DNA of 64,000 nucleotides from Leucoraja ocellata (GCA_036785375.1 JAWMAR010000391.1:1116001-1180000), one strand, 5' to 3'. Positions 27,901-42,900 are shown, numbered from the stretch's first letter. The notes: generated by a model from the letters alone, not told the origin. Translations and numbers: made by a program.

Positions 27901-30900
27901 TTCAGCACTATGTCTAAAGTAAAGAAGTTATTAGCCAGCACATCCAGTGAATCATTTCACCGAGTTTCTACATCTGTCGCATTTGTCCCATTAACACGGA
28001 CTTCCTCTATAATGCTCCCCTCCCCTTCCACCCGGCACATCTGACCCACCTTTCGCCAGATAGACACAAAAAGCTGGAGTAACTAAGCGGGTCAAACAAC
28101 TTCTCTGGCAAATAGGTGATATTTTGGGTTGAGGAAGAAGGGTCTCGACCCAAAACATCACCTATTCCTTTTCTCCAGAGATGCTGTCTGACCAGTTGAG
28201 TTACTCATGCTTTTTGTGTCCATCTTGACCTGAAACATCAACAATTCCTTCAACTTGGACACAAAGTGTTTGAGTACCTCAATGGGACACATAGTGCTGG
28301 AGCAAAAACACTATCTGCAGTTCCTTGTTTCTTCCTTCCCTCCCTTCAACTCCACAGAGGCTGCCTGACCCCTGCAGTAGTTTGATCTTTGTTCTAGATT
28401 CTAATGTCTGTGGTCTCCCCTCCCTGCATTTCACACATATTGCTGTCTTCATGATTCCCTGGTCCATTCTACCACCCTAAACCACCATTATCCTGCCCAT
28501 GGAACCGTCCATGGAACTAGATACGATGCAACATACAATGCCCTAAATAAGTGATGGGTCTTTGTCCCAAACATTATGGAGGGCACTGTATGACCAATCG
28601 CCTCTTCCCTTCCATGTGAGGCAGCGATTCACTTTTACTTCCAATCCAGTCACAGCATTTGTTGTTCACAATGGGGTCTCCTCTACACTGGAGAAACCAG
28701 ACACAGATTGCATGATCACTTTACAAGGCCCCTGTACTCAGTCCACAGGGGTGATCAAACTTCCTGTTGCAAGTCACTTTAAATCTCAATCTTATGCCCA
28801 TTCTGACCTATCTGTCTGCTGCCTCCTCCACAACCACAGTAAATTAGAACAACATCTTATCTTCTGTCTGGAGACTTAGCAGCCGTCTGGCAATGAACAA
28901 TGAATTTACCAGCTACTCTTAAATCCTATCATTTTCCTTTCTCACCTCGTTTCTATAAAGTGCCTCCCTGATAGTCAGAATTATTTCTCCTTATCATCTG
29001 ATCTATTATCCCATGTAATGTTTTGTCTGACATCTCACTCCTTCCCCAGCTCTGCTTTGAAAACAAACACCCCTTCACTCTCCCACCCCAGTTGGAAGGA
29101 AGTGTTCCTGACCTTTAATGTTGACTGGTTTCTCTTTCCACAGATGCTGCTTGACTGGCTGAGTTCTTCCAGCATTTGGTTTTATTTCAGATTCCAACAC
29201 CAGCAGTTTTGTTTGTTTTCCAATTCAGTGATTATGCCAATTGATTGTTCTGGCCTTTGGATTAAGCCATAAATGTCACAGGTTTCAACCCCAGCAGTAA
29301 ACTTTTCACACTTTGTTAAAGTAGGATTGTTACATTGGTTAACAAACCTAAATCTTATCCTCGCACTCTCCCCTTCATTTCCTTAAAAACCATGTTCTGA
29401 TATCATCTCAACGTGGTAACAGTTACCCTCCATTATTTTCCACTGGCTGTTTTTCATGTGTTGGTGGGTTGTTGAACCATCTTATTCAGGACAAGGCAGC
29501 ACCATTTTGAAAGTAATATAATATTTTATAAGAAAGCTCCGTCCATGAATGAGCAGCTGGCTACCTGGCTCACGCCAAGTGTTGTACGTTGTAAAATGGA
29601 ATATGGAAATATAGTGCTTTAAAAAAAAAAAAAAAAAAAATTGTCAATGAAGAAGACTTGAGAGATGCAAGGATTGACTTGCACATCTACATTGGTTTAC
29701 AAGTAGATGTAGCCAAAGAAAGGACCTGAGATTCTTGGGTTCGTATTTCAATAGAGCTGGGAGACGTTCTTGCACAGAATAAAGGATATTATTTCGAGCC
29801 CCAGTTGAGGATGGTGTACAGTATGAGGATCCCAGCATGAAAAGAAGGATGGTGCTGGGGGAAAGATGCACTTTGGAAGCGGTTGAGTAAGAAGCTAATG
29901 AAAGATGATTTCCACTGGTCATAGTCAGTAAGAAGTAGGCATAATGTAAGACTGGCTCCAGAAGCCTAAAAATAATGATAGACTTAAAAAACATTGAATA
30001 TATTACCACATGGCTATTGAAGGGATTTTAAATTGGCTTGTTTGAGCAGGAGCTGGATAAATTAAAGATGCAACTAAAGCCACAGGTGTTAGTTAAGTTG
30101 GAGCGGTGTTGAGTTGACAGTAGATTGGGTCAAAACTGTTTCATCTTATATTTCTATCCTATTAATATTTCCACTCTAATTTGCATTAATTTAAGTTTTA
30201 GATGTTTGGGAAGAGTTCAACAGTGGATAGATAATGTGATCCAATGACTTGTGTGAATCTATTCAAGTTGTCGTTAAAAGCTAGTGGCCCCTGAGGCTTC
30301 TTGTACAAAATGTACAAGCAATTAAAATCTGCCCTGCTGCATTGATGCCTTAGATTGCATCTGGGCGATTCAAATCGTGTATAAGATTGTGTCTCACGAA
30401 CTGTGACATGCATTAAAATATTAAAGACTCTTTAAAAATCCTTTGAGACGATGCCTCATTAGTTTGAGAGATTCAGCATGCTCCAATGACGTCTCTGAGG
30501 AGTAGAAGAATAGTATAGAATAGAATAGTTTCTTTATTGTCATTGTAACATGGGCCATGTACAACGAAATTTAAAATGTCAGCCAGTCAGTGCAGCATTC
30601 AAACATTTCTAAAGCTAACGAAACATCCACGGTAAAATAATAAAGATAAGCAAATAAATAAAAAACACAGACAAAGCACGCATACACACCCAACCCTCCA
30701 TCCTTCTGTCGATTTCACCGTTACCACAGTCCCTTAGTCTGTATCGCCCCTGCGTTCCTTGGCGGCCACATTTAGTGCTTTTATAGCAGTGGGGTAAAAA
30801 CTGTTTTGTAGTCTATTTGTCCTTGTCCTTGTGGATCTGTACCGTCTGCCTGACGGCAACAGTTCAAACAGGGAGTGTCCGGGGTGGGAGATGTCCTTTA

Positions 30901-33900
30901 TTATATTCTGGGTTTTTTTGGTGCAGCGGGAACTGTGTAGGTCCTCCAAGGTAAGGAGAGGGCAGCCGACAATCCTCTGGGCGTTGTCAATGGCCCTCTG
31001 GAGCGCTTTCCTCTGAGCCACTGTGCAGCTGGTGTACCACACGCATACACAGTATGTTAGTATGCTCTCAATGGAGCACCGATAAAAGGACAGCAGCAGC
31101 CTCTGAGTGATGTTGTTCTTCCTGAGCACCCGCAGGAAGTGCAGTCTCTGCTGGACCTTTTTCAGCAGCGCAGTGGTGTTCACGCTCCACGTCAGGTCCT
31201 CCTCAATGTGGATTCCCAGGAAGCGGAAATCCGCCACCCTCTCTACACAGTCCCCTCTGATGATCAGTGGTACCATGTCCGTTTTGTTTTTCCTGAAGTC
31301 TATTATTACCTCCTTCGTCTTTGAGGTGTTGAGGAGCAGGTTATTTTCTTCGCACCACACTGTCAGCTGCTCCACCTCATCCCGGTAGGCGTACTCGTCC
31401 CCCGCGGAGATGAGTCCCACCACTGTAGTGTCATCCGCAAATTTGACAATGGTGTTGCTGTGGTGGGCGGGGGTGCAGTCATGCGTGTAGATGGTGTAGA
31501 GCAGGGGGCTCAGTACACAGCCCTGTGGAGAGCCGGTACTGAGGCTGAGGGCCGTGGATGTGTGATGGCCCACTCTGACTCTCTGGCTTCGACCCGACAG
31601 GAAGCTATTTATCCACGTACAGGTGGAGTGTGGAAGTCCCAAGTCCCCCAGTTTGTCCACCAGTTTGTGGGGAAGGATAGTATTAAAAGCAGAGCTGTAG
31701 TCCACAAAGAGCATCCGCACGTAGCTCCCCCGCTGCTCCAGGTGAGACAGTGCAGCATGGAGAGCTGTGGCTACAGCGTCCTCTGTGGATCTATTCGCTC
31801 TGTACGCAAACTGGTGGGGGTCAAAGCTTCGGGGCAGAAGTGATGTGATGTGACCCCGGACCAGTTTTTCAAAACACTTCATCACCACTGGTGTGAGTGC
31901 GACTGGCCGGTAGTCGTTGAGGCTGGAGATGTTGTTTTTTTTGGGCAAGGGGACTATGGTGGAGGATTTCAGACAGGGTGGAACAGTGGACTGGGCCAGA
32001 GACTGGTTAAAAATCCTCGTCCAGACTCCAGCCAGCTGGTCTGCGCAGTCCTTCAACACGCGTCCAGAGACGCCGTCCGGACCAGTAGCCGGTAGAAGCG
32101 TGTGGGTTTATTCTGCATTAGAGTGTAGAAGCATGTGGGTTTATTCTGCATTTCTCAAACCTGCTACTTCAATGCCAAATAATTCTGCCGAATCTAATAT
32201 ATTCGCTTGGCATCCACATAACAAGTTGTTTTTTTAAACCAAGAAACTCAAGCATTTTAAAAATGAGTGTTGCCACTTAACCAAGTCTAAAATGAAGCTA
32301 AGTTGGACTATGTTTTTCATGATAAATAATTTGCAAGTCACTAAGTAGAACCAAGGGTCTTTGGGCTTATTGTTTTGCACTAGATTGTTTAAAAAAAAAA
32401 ATTAAATGTTTTTTTAAACAATTTGAGTACAGCATTTATAACCCTATTTTGCTGCTGCATTGGGGAAAATGTCATTGTCCTGTTTTGGTACATAGAACAG
32501 TAAACATGCTTGACTCTTGAATGAACATACGCAGATATTCTGTGGTGGCTTTTGGATATAATGGTAAAAGTTTATTGTTTTCATTATATACATAAAATAA
32601 TTCTTAGTGCAATCCATTGCCAATGCTTGAGCTGTACACACTTACTGAACATGTCGACATGTTGGTGACATGCGCCATGTTGGGGAATGTAGTGTTTGCA
32701 CTGATAGTGGCAAATTTCTGTAACTTCTGTTAGAAAAATCAAGAGAGTCTTTTGTGATGGATTAATTCTTGGTTATAGTACATCAATAACACAATGCCTT
32801 GCAGAGATCGGTTGTGGCCACTTGGCTCTGGAAACAACTTGCCACCTTGCTGATGATTAAGGTCTGAAGGAATTATAATATCCGTGTCAATAGAATAAGG
32901 CAGTTCTTCAATCATAATAAACCAATATATAACTACAAAATAATTAAAAATTGAAGTGTCCAGAAATGTTTTACCACGGGATGGTGAATCTCTGAACTTC
33001 TTTACCATGGCCAGTAGTGGAAGCTGCATCATTAGATGTATTTGAAGTGGAGATGGATAAATATTTGATAGATCGAGGAATGGAGGGGTGTGGAGAACTG
33101 CCACGTGAGGAATTTAGTTTAGTTCAGAGATACAGCGTGAACACAGGTTCTTCGGCCCACCGTGTCCGCGCCGACCTCACATTAACACTATCCTACACCC
33201 ACTAGGGACAATTTTTACATTAACCAAGCCAATTAACCTACAAACCTGTACGTCTTTGGAGTGTGGGAGGAAACCGAAGATCTCGGAGTAAACCCACGGG
33301 GGGAACGTACAAACTCCGTACAGACAGTACCTGTGGTCGGGATCGAACCTGGGTCTCTGGTGCTGCATTCGCTGTAAGGCAGCAACTCTACCGCTGCGCT
33401 ACTGTGACCGCCCTAATTGAGGACGGCATAGATCAGCCATGATCATATTAAATGGTGGCATAGGTTTGAAGGGCCTGATGGCTTGCTCCAGTCTTGTGTC
33501 CTTGTGTTCACTGCCCAATGGATTTATGGTCAAAGATATTTTTCCGCATAAAATATTCTACATAGGCCAAGTGTACAGCAAAGTCCCCAACTACAGAGCT
33601 ATGAGGCTCTGTCACTATTCCATCCACATTTGCCCATTTATCATTATCATTATTATTATTTTCATCCTTTATTGTCATCTTGTAAAGCAACAGTTGTACA
33701 GTGCAAAATGTCCCTTCCCACTGTGCAGTTTGAAATGACTCTACTTTATAACCTTTGAGTCCTGCATCTCATTTTGGCTGCACTCTTTGACAATATCTGC
33801 CACTTATATGGGAACTGTACAAATTCAAACCTCTAACCAGGTAACTTCACCAATAAAGCTTTAGTGCCACTTCAAGTTTCTTTTGTTTCAATGTTTGTGC

Positions 33901-36900
33901 TCATTGAGCTGAAACAACATCATCGAAGATGATCTGTTATTCTCTGTAAAGTGAAGACCAAACTGCACATTTCCAACTTTACTTGTTTTACCCTAACATG
34001 CCCTTCATACTGAAACACAATACAAATTCCACTAGCTACTTGGTACTTCTCCTTAAAATAAACCTATGTTGGACTGGACCACTTCAATCCATTGCAAGTA
34101 ATGTTCATTCCTTTGAAAGTGTCGGCTGCAGTATTAAAATAAAAAATAAAAATAAGGGGACAGAAGAACAACTCTAGCAAGAGTTAACAAAAGTTATTTC
34201 AATCTTGGTGGAGACACCAATAGTGCAGCAATAATTATCTGTTATTTTAAGGTAAATATTTCCATTGTTAGATGGTGCATAATAAATTATGGTCTGCAGT
34301 GGATCTCCTGATAAGTGGTGGCTCTCAGCTTTTATGGGGATTATTTAAACGCACTAGAAGTGTTCTGCGTCGTTGGAGCCTGCTGTAGGTTATCTGGTTA
34401 CCAGAAACCATTAAAACTGCAAAAGATGTGCTTTTGTTTTAGATGATCCATTAACAGCAGCAGCAAAAATAATGCTGTGAAATAGGAGCTCCACCATCCA
34501 GGGAGGAAGTGACTGGCTTTACCAGATTTTGTTTTTATTTTTGTAGGTCTTTTCACTAATGCATTTTTGTTTTAATTGTTTGGAACATTTTAAAGTAGAG
34601 GATTTTCATTCAACACTGGAATTGTGTTCACTGCCCAATGCTGTTCTATTTTAACTGAATATTATTCTTGCACATAATTATATGTTTATAGGCAGTTTTG
34701 TTTTAAATCTCCTTCTGTAAATGTACTGTTGTTTTCTTCAGTGACGTGTATAACCAATCCACTTCATGTGCCAATAACAATCCTTAAATAATCCGATGAT
34801 TTGCCCTAAAAGCTAAGTACAAGTACTTTGCATTATGGAATCTATAATTTGTCAATGTAATTATTTAATCTTTTCACTAAAAGGAATTTGCACAGGCCTT
34901 CAGCTTTTCCTAACATTTGCCCTCTCTAAGACCTTTGGAGTCCATATGTCAAAAAAACAACAAAGTTTTGTCTGCTTGAAGGCCATGAAAGAATGAGCTG
35001 CCCAATGATGCATTCCCCAATTTTTCTTTCCTTGCACAATGGGAATGAATCTGCTCTTCTTGCCTTGTGGAAACGTGTATTGATCATTAATTATCTTATT
35101 CATTTTGTAAAATTGTAACTGTAAACCTTTGGAATGGGCAAATTATAATGACAAATAGTTTCAGAAGTTACTCATTTAACACACAACGATCCTGCCTTTC
35201 CTAATTGTTCTACATCTGATTACTAATAGATATATCATATAAATCTGTTCAAGATTACTCCAGGGTATGGAGCTGAGCCATATTGTTGACTTATCTTGAA
35301 TGATAGTGGAGTGGTGGTGTGGAGGGAGGGCTAGGCTACAATTATCTTGAGTGCCTCTGGCCAGGGAGTGGAAAAAAACCCCATCTAGTTTTGTGCTCTA
35401 GATTGCTATCTAGTGACCTCTGCTGGAAAGTGTTCATTCACTGGTATTCTTATGAACATGTACCCTTTACATCTCTCTTTACTCTGAGCTGCCAGAACAG
35501 TGTTAGAACTGCAAGACCATTGCATTTTGAAAGAGAAAGGGTAAAGTTATGCTTTGGTTGAAGAATGATGTGCAGAAGATATTTTTATCTTATTACTTAT
35601 GACATCATCCATTTCTGGCTTAATTTTTTTTAAAACAGCTGTACCTAAAAAAACATGAACATAACCATACAATACTTGCTAAATCGATTCATTCGAATAC
35701 TTGAAATATATTTGAGAAAATCAGGGCTTGGTTTTTACTGACCTCATTTGGTTAATAAGGTTAACTCTTTTGTGTTTGTGGTCACTTAATGAGACTATTC
35801 ATTTTGAATTTTCTGTAAGGTATTTTGAACTGGACATTATGGTAACTTTAATTTGTACAGATTTCATTGCATGGAGCAAGAAGGCAATCAAAATGCCCCA
35901 AAATGTTGTGTTGCAGTTTTAGATAAGAAAATCTTAACCTTTATAGTACTGTAGAGTGATGAATTGGTTGCATTTACAAAGAGAGGCCCCCTGTGTTAAG
36001 ATGCATTGTGTAAACCATTGCTGTAAGCAATATCTCTCACTGAGGAAGGGCAATTCTATGTTGACATTAGACCTTTGCTTGTCTCCATTTAATGGAACGA
36101 TGACCGATTCAGGATAACCACTCAGCAGGCCAGCAGACATTTTAAGCTAGTTGACAGTATGATAAATGGTTAGTGTGGTCTTCCTCTGGCATTCAACAGG
36201 TCAGCAGGGGTCCCATGTAGATAAGTCGTTTTGTAAAAGGATCCTTAAACCAGTTACCACGGGCTTTTATTTTGTGCTTTATTTTGTATTTTCTCCAGAA
36301 GAATGCTTACTGAAAATCATAGATAAGTGTACACAACCTTAAAAAAAATGTTTCTTCTTAGTTTGATGTTGATTGCTGCAAATAGTAATTGTTTTTATAT
36401 TTTTAAATAAGTTGGCTTTCTTCAGAATCTAAGAAACCCTCAACAGTGTATTATGGTTGGAAAAGGATTATTTACAGAAATATCTGACAGAATATTTCTG
36501 GGACAAACAGATTCCATCGAGACCAAAAATTCTGCCTTTTTTTGCTGCAATAAGTGAGTCTGTCTCATATCAGCAATGATAATGGGAGAGACACCAGTGC
36601 TGATGTGATCACACATTGTCACGTTAACTAACAGGCATCAATGGAGCTGCTAATAACTGATACCAATTTGTACCTTCAAATTCAGTCTTTGAATTTGCAT
36701 CCACTTTTTTTCAATTGAATCATTTGACTGGGTTTACAAATTGGATGCATAGTGAAGTTAGCATTTATGTGGAAGGAGGGAAGGAAAATGGTGGGCGTTG
36801 TCTTGTAGCGGGTGCACCACTCATGATGGGATGTGTTGATGCTGACAGTGAAGATGTGGAGAGTGGGTGATTGAGAATGTTACGGGTAGGAAGAGGAAGA

Positions 36901-39900
36901 TGAGCAACTCGCCGCCTCCATCGATGTCCGAGGTAGGGCTAGGCCTTTTAGCTAACACCTAAACGGGTCATGTGCAAATTTCTTTGATGCACCATCTCCC
37001 CCTGGCAGTGGGAATGAGAGAAGCCATCAAGAACCCCTTGGCCAGCCCCAATTCCTTAAAAGGAGTGACCCATGATGTCATCAAGTGTTTATGGGGGTGG
37101 GGGAAGGTTGCATAGATAACCAAATGTTAAACAAATGGGGCTTTCATTCATAAAGATTACGAACCCATTGGTTTTAGTATTGTTTGAACTGTTTGAATTG
37201 TTTTTTTACACACTTGCATCAGCTTGAAATATTTTAAGAATCATGATATTCCTGACTAAATACAGCAAAAATACTGGTAAAGATAAAGCCCATAGCCCAC
37301 AGCAACCAAGTCCAAAACAATGAGGGATATTGTACACTGAATTGGGATTTGGTATCAGTAATGGGAATTTTTCAATACTAGGACAGGAAAAACATAAAGC
37401 AGTAGTTGTTTGCTCTGAGAGGATGCTATTGAATTTTAATATTTTGGGTAGGCAATGCTGGAGAAACTCAGCGGGCGAGGCAGCATCTATGGAGCGAAGG
37501 AAATAGGCAACGTTTCCGGTCGAAACCCTTCTTCAGACTGTGATTGATTTAATATTTTGGGATTTAGTTTGCAACTTACTGATCGCCCATCCATCCACCA
37601 GTCATGTCTGCATGATTTTTTATAAATGTTATTAATTCCATTTTATTTAGATTCCCACTTTTTCAATTCCAAGCATCCACTTTATTGTTTTACATTTGCC
37701 TGGTTTAGGATCCATTTGAGTAATTGTTATATGATTTGTGTGGATATACACTGACTGGATGTACAGGGACTATCAAGTGGAGTGTGGAGGAAGAATGTGA
37801 TCACAGTAAAACTATCAACTAATACTGGATATTATTATTTTTTTAGACCCTCGAAGGAAATATCAAATACGTTTATTGGCATATAATTCTATGGGTGAAG
37901 GCTACCAGGCAGACCAGACAGTGAGCACCCCAGGATGTGTGTGTAAGTGCTCAATACATAGACGATGTCTCATAATGTTCATTTCATATTGAAAAGTTGT
38001 GTATATTTTAAGTAAAATTCCTAGAATGTTGTCCACTGCTAAATCTTCAACACCAATAATTAACCATTGAAGTGATGCTGTTGGTGTGGCTGTTTTAAAA
38101 TAAAGCATCCTGTCAGTCACAGCCAAAGCAGTCAACAGTTTCACTGGTTCCCGTAAATCATTTCCGATTTATAGGGAATTGGATTTTATTTTCTCTGTGG
38201 TTTTATAAACTATTTTCTCACTCTGTCAAGGCCTTGCACAACAGATAAAGGCAAACTATTGGCAGTAAAACTGCAATAATCCAGTATCCGATTGCTTGTA
38301 AATCTTGGTTGCTGGGCATCCGGCTCACTCAATGGAGGCGTGGGCTCAGAGGGCAGCCGGGAAGAGGATCAGGAGTTTGAGGCCAAGTGTATGGGGGGGA
38401 GTTGGGGGGTCAGCAACATGGGTAGGTTTGCAGCTGGACCTGGGGCGTGCAGTGTTTGTACATTTCCTGTTCCCTTTCAACTCAGCGATTTCACTAAAAA
38501 ACGTTTTCACTGATTTCACTGTAACATTAAATGACATGGGTACCTTCTGATGTTTAAGAGTAACACCTAATCGCCGGGAAAATTTTCTCGTCCTGCAGTA
38601 AAAAATCCCAAGCAAACTGAATTTTCTGAACCAGTTTGTGTGTGTGAAGGAAAATGGGAGTGAACTACAGCTACAGTCTAAAAAGTGGAACATATCACAA
38701 AATTCCAAATTCTCAGCAATCTATAGATCTATGCTCTGAGTCTATGCGGTGAATTGGATAGCAATTCTAGTGGAGCCTGGTCTTTGCCCTTTGTGTGCCT
38801 CTCAATCAATACTTCTAGTGCTCAGCTGGTTGGTGAAACTCAGAATTTTCCCAAATGTATTTTTTTTTTAAATAATAATTTTTTAAACCCCTCGCACATT
38901 ATTTAACCACGTCGATTCCAGTGTAAAACTTAATCATATATTCTTGGAATCCAACATCCTTGTTTTGCTAACCCAATAAAGGAATAATTCAACAAAAAGA
39001 CAACCGCTGAATTCCTCCAGCAGTTTGTTTATTTTTGCTCAAGATTCCAGCATCTGCAGTCCATTGCATTTCCAAAGGAATCATTAATATGTTGACAAAA
39101 ATGTACATGTTGTTCCATATTCGGATGCTTTGAAGATCAGTCTTGTTCAATTTATTTTGGCTATATCTGGGGCTTTCAATAGCAACTTTTCCCCTGAGTA
39201 CAGAATTTGCATGCAGCTGTTAACCATCAATACTTATCCCTTTTCCAGGTTGATAAAAAACTGTAGCGCATATAGATTTTATGGTATTGGCCTTCAAATA
39301 AAAATTCAAAGTGCATTTCTAATTTCACAACATATTGCCATTATTTAAACATTTTGAAAACCTACTAGAGATGAATAATGTGTATGTTCTTATTTGACAG
39401 CTGTTCGAGATCGCATGGTGCCTCCACCACCCCCTCCTCATCACTTGTACGCGAAAGCCAATAGTTCATCTTCTATTTCCTTACAATGGGGGAAGCCGGC
39501 TTTCACTGCAGCACCAGTGATCAACTATACTGTCCGCTGTAACCCTGTGGGGCTGCAGAATGCTTCACTTGTCATGTACCTTCAAACGTAAGTTGATTCC
39601 CTCTCTGTAAATCTACAGCTCTAGGTGTTAATGATGGTGTTTATTACAGTGGCAGGAAAAGTCACTTTTTTTTTTAAATTGTCAATTTATTTTGCAGTAT
39701 CGTGGAAATTAAGTTGAGAGCCAGACTTTGAATAATTCCTGACATAGCTATTACTGTAACTACCTTCAAAGTTAACCTGTGCCCCTGTACGTGTGAAGCT
39801 ATTTGACAAAGCCATTCAATATTTACAATGGTTTATCATAGTGCAGTCGGGCTCTGATTCGCTTTCAATGAACTCTCGGCTTTACAAATGTGTCTGTCTG

Positions 39901-42900
39901 TTACACCTTGTGGGTGTCCACAACTGCCCCTCGTGATCAGGGCCAATCCACTATTGAGAACTTCTCCCATCTTATCTCAAGGTAAATAAGGATGTCAGAT
40001 AGCAAAAATGCTGGTCACCTTCCTGGTATCATCTGTTGTCGGACAATGTGAAAGAAACCTCTGACTCATTGGAGAGAGCTGGGATCAGATACTTGTTTAC
40101 TCTAGAGTTGCAGAGGGGGAAGGGCAGCCACAGACAGGCTGAAGCTTTTAACTAAACAGAGCTTTTATAGACAAACACCATAAACTTTTACTTATGATTT
40201 TCATTGTGATGTGGCACTAAACCATTCTTTGTTTAACAATTCTGAACTATTTTTATTACAAGTTAACAAGTCACATTGCAAGCAATGAGCTGTGTTGTAA
40301 CTCGGCCTCCTTTTCTTTCACCCTGTTCTAGTGAAGTGACACGGTCAGTAGTGTTGCAGGATTGCCCAATGCAAAATGTTAATGGTTCAGATCTTAGATT
40401 ACTTATTTAATTTTTCTCGTAGTTGTTACCCCATCCTTGATGCACTGATCCAAAATCAACAATTAATTTTCTTTTTATTTATTTATTTATTTTTTAAAAA
40501 TCTCTACTGAGCATTCTTTCCACGTGCTTTTCAAGCATGCAGTTCACATGGGGGGGGGGGGGGGGGAATCTAATTCTTTCTTTTCATGGAAGTGAACTGT
40601 CGGAAACACAGGCCACAATAAATGTCATCCTGCGTTGCGTATCATCAGAATAATGAGGGAATTACTGCAAATACTTGGAAATAAACGACAATTAATCATT
40701 TTGAAAATGTATATACCAACAAAAGAAACGTTTTTTTAGATTAGATTAGATTGCTTTATTTGTCATTCAGACCTTTCGGTCTGAACGAAGTAGTCCCAAT
40801 ATAATCATGAATGGGTTATTTTTGCTTTTACAAGAGGTGTCATTCTTGAGCAAATTTCTTCCAGTTGAACAGTCTGGGTCTCGACCCAAAACATAATTTA
40901 TTCCTTTTCTCCAGAAATGCTGTCTGACCCGCTGAGTTACTCCAGCTTTTTGTGTCTATCTTCAGTTTAAACCGGCATCTGCAGTTCCTTCCTATACACT
41001 TTGTCATTGGTTATCTTAATCCTTAGTTATCAGCTTGTTATATTTGGTTTTACCTGGGCAAAGAAGCTGCGTGGCTCAAGTATACAATACAACTATAGTA
41101 ATTATAGTAAATATAGTCTGAAGAAGGGTTTCGGTCCGAAACGTTACCTGTTTCCTTCGCTCCATAGATGCTGCCGCATGCGTTGAGTTTCTTCAGCACT
41201 TTTGTCTACCTACAACTATAGTAAACTGTTTCATATTTATTTTATTATAATGTTGTACTTAACATGCAAATAGGACACCACAAACCAATGCATTTTATTC
41301 AATCCTGTTTTCAATGTACAGTGCACAATGCTCAGCTATCAAATCAGCCCTGAATACATTTCTCTTCTGATAATCCTTTTTTTTTTTTTTAATTTTCCAG
41401 TTCTGAGACGCACATGCTCGTGATTGGTCTGCAACCCTTCACTAAGTACGAGTTTGCAGTGCGGCTTCATGCAGACCAGCTCTCCAGCCCCTGGAGCCCA
41501 GTGGTTTATCAGCTGACCTTGCCCGAAGGTAAGGACAAAATCACTCTATTCACAGCTCAGAACCCAAATAACCCCATCACATCTACTAAGAAACAAATGT
41601 TTGCCTGAATTTAAACCTCTCATTTTCACGGTGTCAAATATGGTTATGGCATATTCCGTCATTGAAGAGATTTCAATATATGGCATGAGTTTATCATGGT
41701 ATTTTATGTTCACATTTGAAATTTTTGAAAACAATAGGCCATTCCTAATGGAGTTGTGTTCTATCTGAAAGGAATGGACGATTCCAAAGTAAACTAGGAT
41801 AGAAGTATCCTGCACAAAAAAAGTTTAGTTAGTGAAATTCCAGATGCTATGGGCCTTACTCCACAAAATGTTCCCAAATTTTGTACTGATAGCAAGTGTT
41901 TATGAATACATGAGATTGAGGATAATTTACTGACATAGATCAAATGTTGGCTAACAGATTGACAGCCATAGAAGGAAAAATATGCTTCTCAGGGTAACAG
42001 GCTATGACTTGAGGGCAACTTCAAGAATCAATGCATCAGCCCCACTTCCATGCCAACAATTAGTCTTTTTTTTTACCATGATCGAGGAATCAAGAACGAG
42101 AGGGTTCGATGGCTGGACACTTTAATTCTCCTTCCCATTCCTACACAGACCTTTCTGTCCTCTGTCTCCTCCATTGTCAGAGTGAGGCTAAATGCAAATT
42201 GGAGGAACTTGCAGCCCAGTTGTATGAATATTGATTTCTCTCACTTCAGGTTGCCCTGGCATTCCCTCTCTATCCCTTCCCCACCCAAGTCGCACTAGCT
42301 TCTCATTTTCATCCTACAAACAGCTAACAACGGCCTGTTTCCTTTATCATCGTTTCTTTTTTGCATATCTTCCATTCATTGTTCTTTATCTCTCCACATC
42401 ACCATCTATATCTCCCATTTCCTTCATCCCTAACCAGTCTGAGGAAGGGTCTCGACACGAAACGTCACCCATTCCTTCTCTCCATAGATGCAGCCTGTCC
42501 TGCTGAGTTACTCCAGTTTTTTGTGCCTGTCAAGAACTAGAGGGCATGGGTTTAAGGTGGTGGTGGGGGGGAGATTTAATAGGAACCAGAGGAGTAAATC
42601 TTTTGCACACAGGGTTTCCGGGGTTATGGAACATGCTGCCAGTGGAAGTAACTTGAGGAGAGTACAATTACAACTTTTTAAATATATTTGGACAGGAACG
42701 TGGATAGGAAAGGTTTAGAGGGATATGGACTAGGCGCAAGCAAAAGGGATTAGCTTGGATGGAGCATCTTGGTCAGCATGGATGAGTTGGGCCAAATACC
42801 TTGTTTCTGAATTCTATGAATCTGACACTCTGTTATTCATTTATCTTGCAGCTCCAACCAATCCCCCTTCAGGAGTCAAAGCCACGTTGATAGAAGAAGG

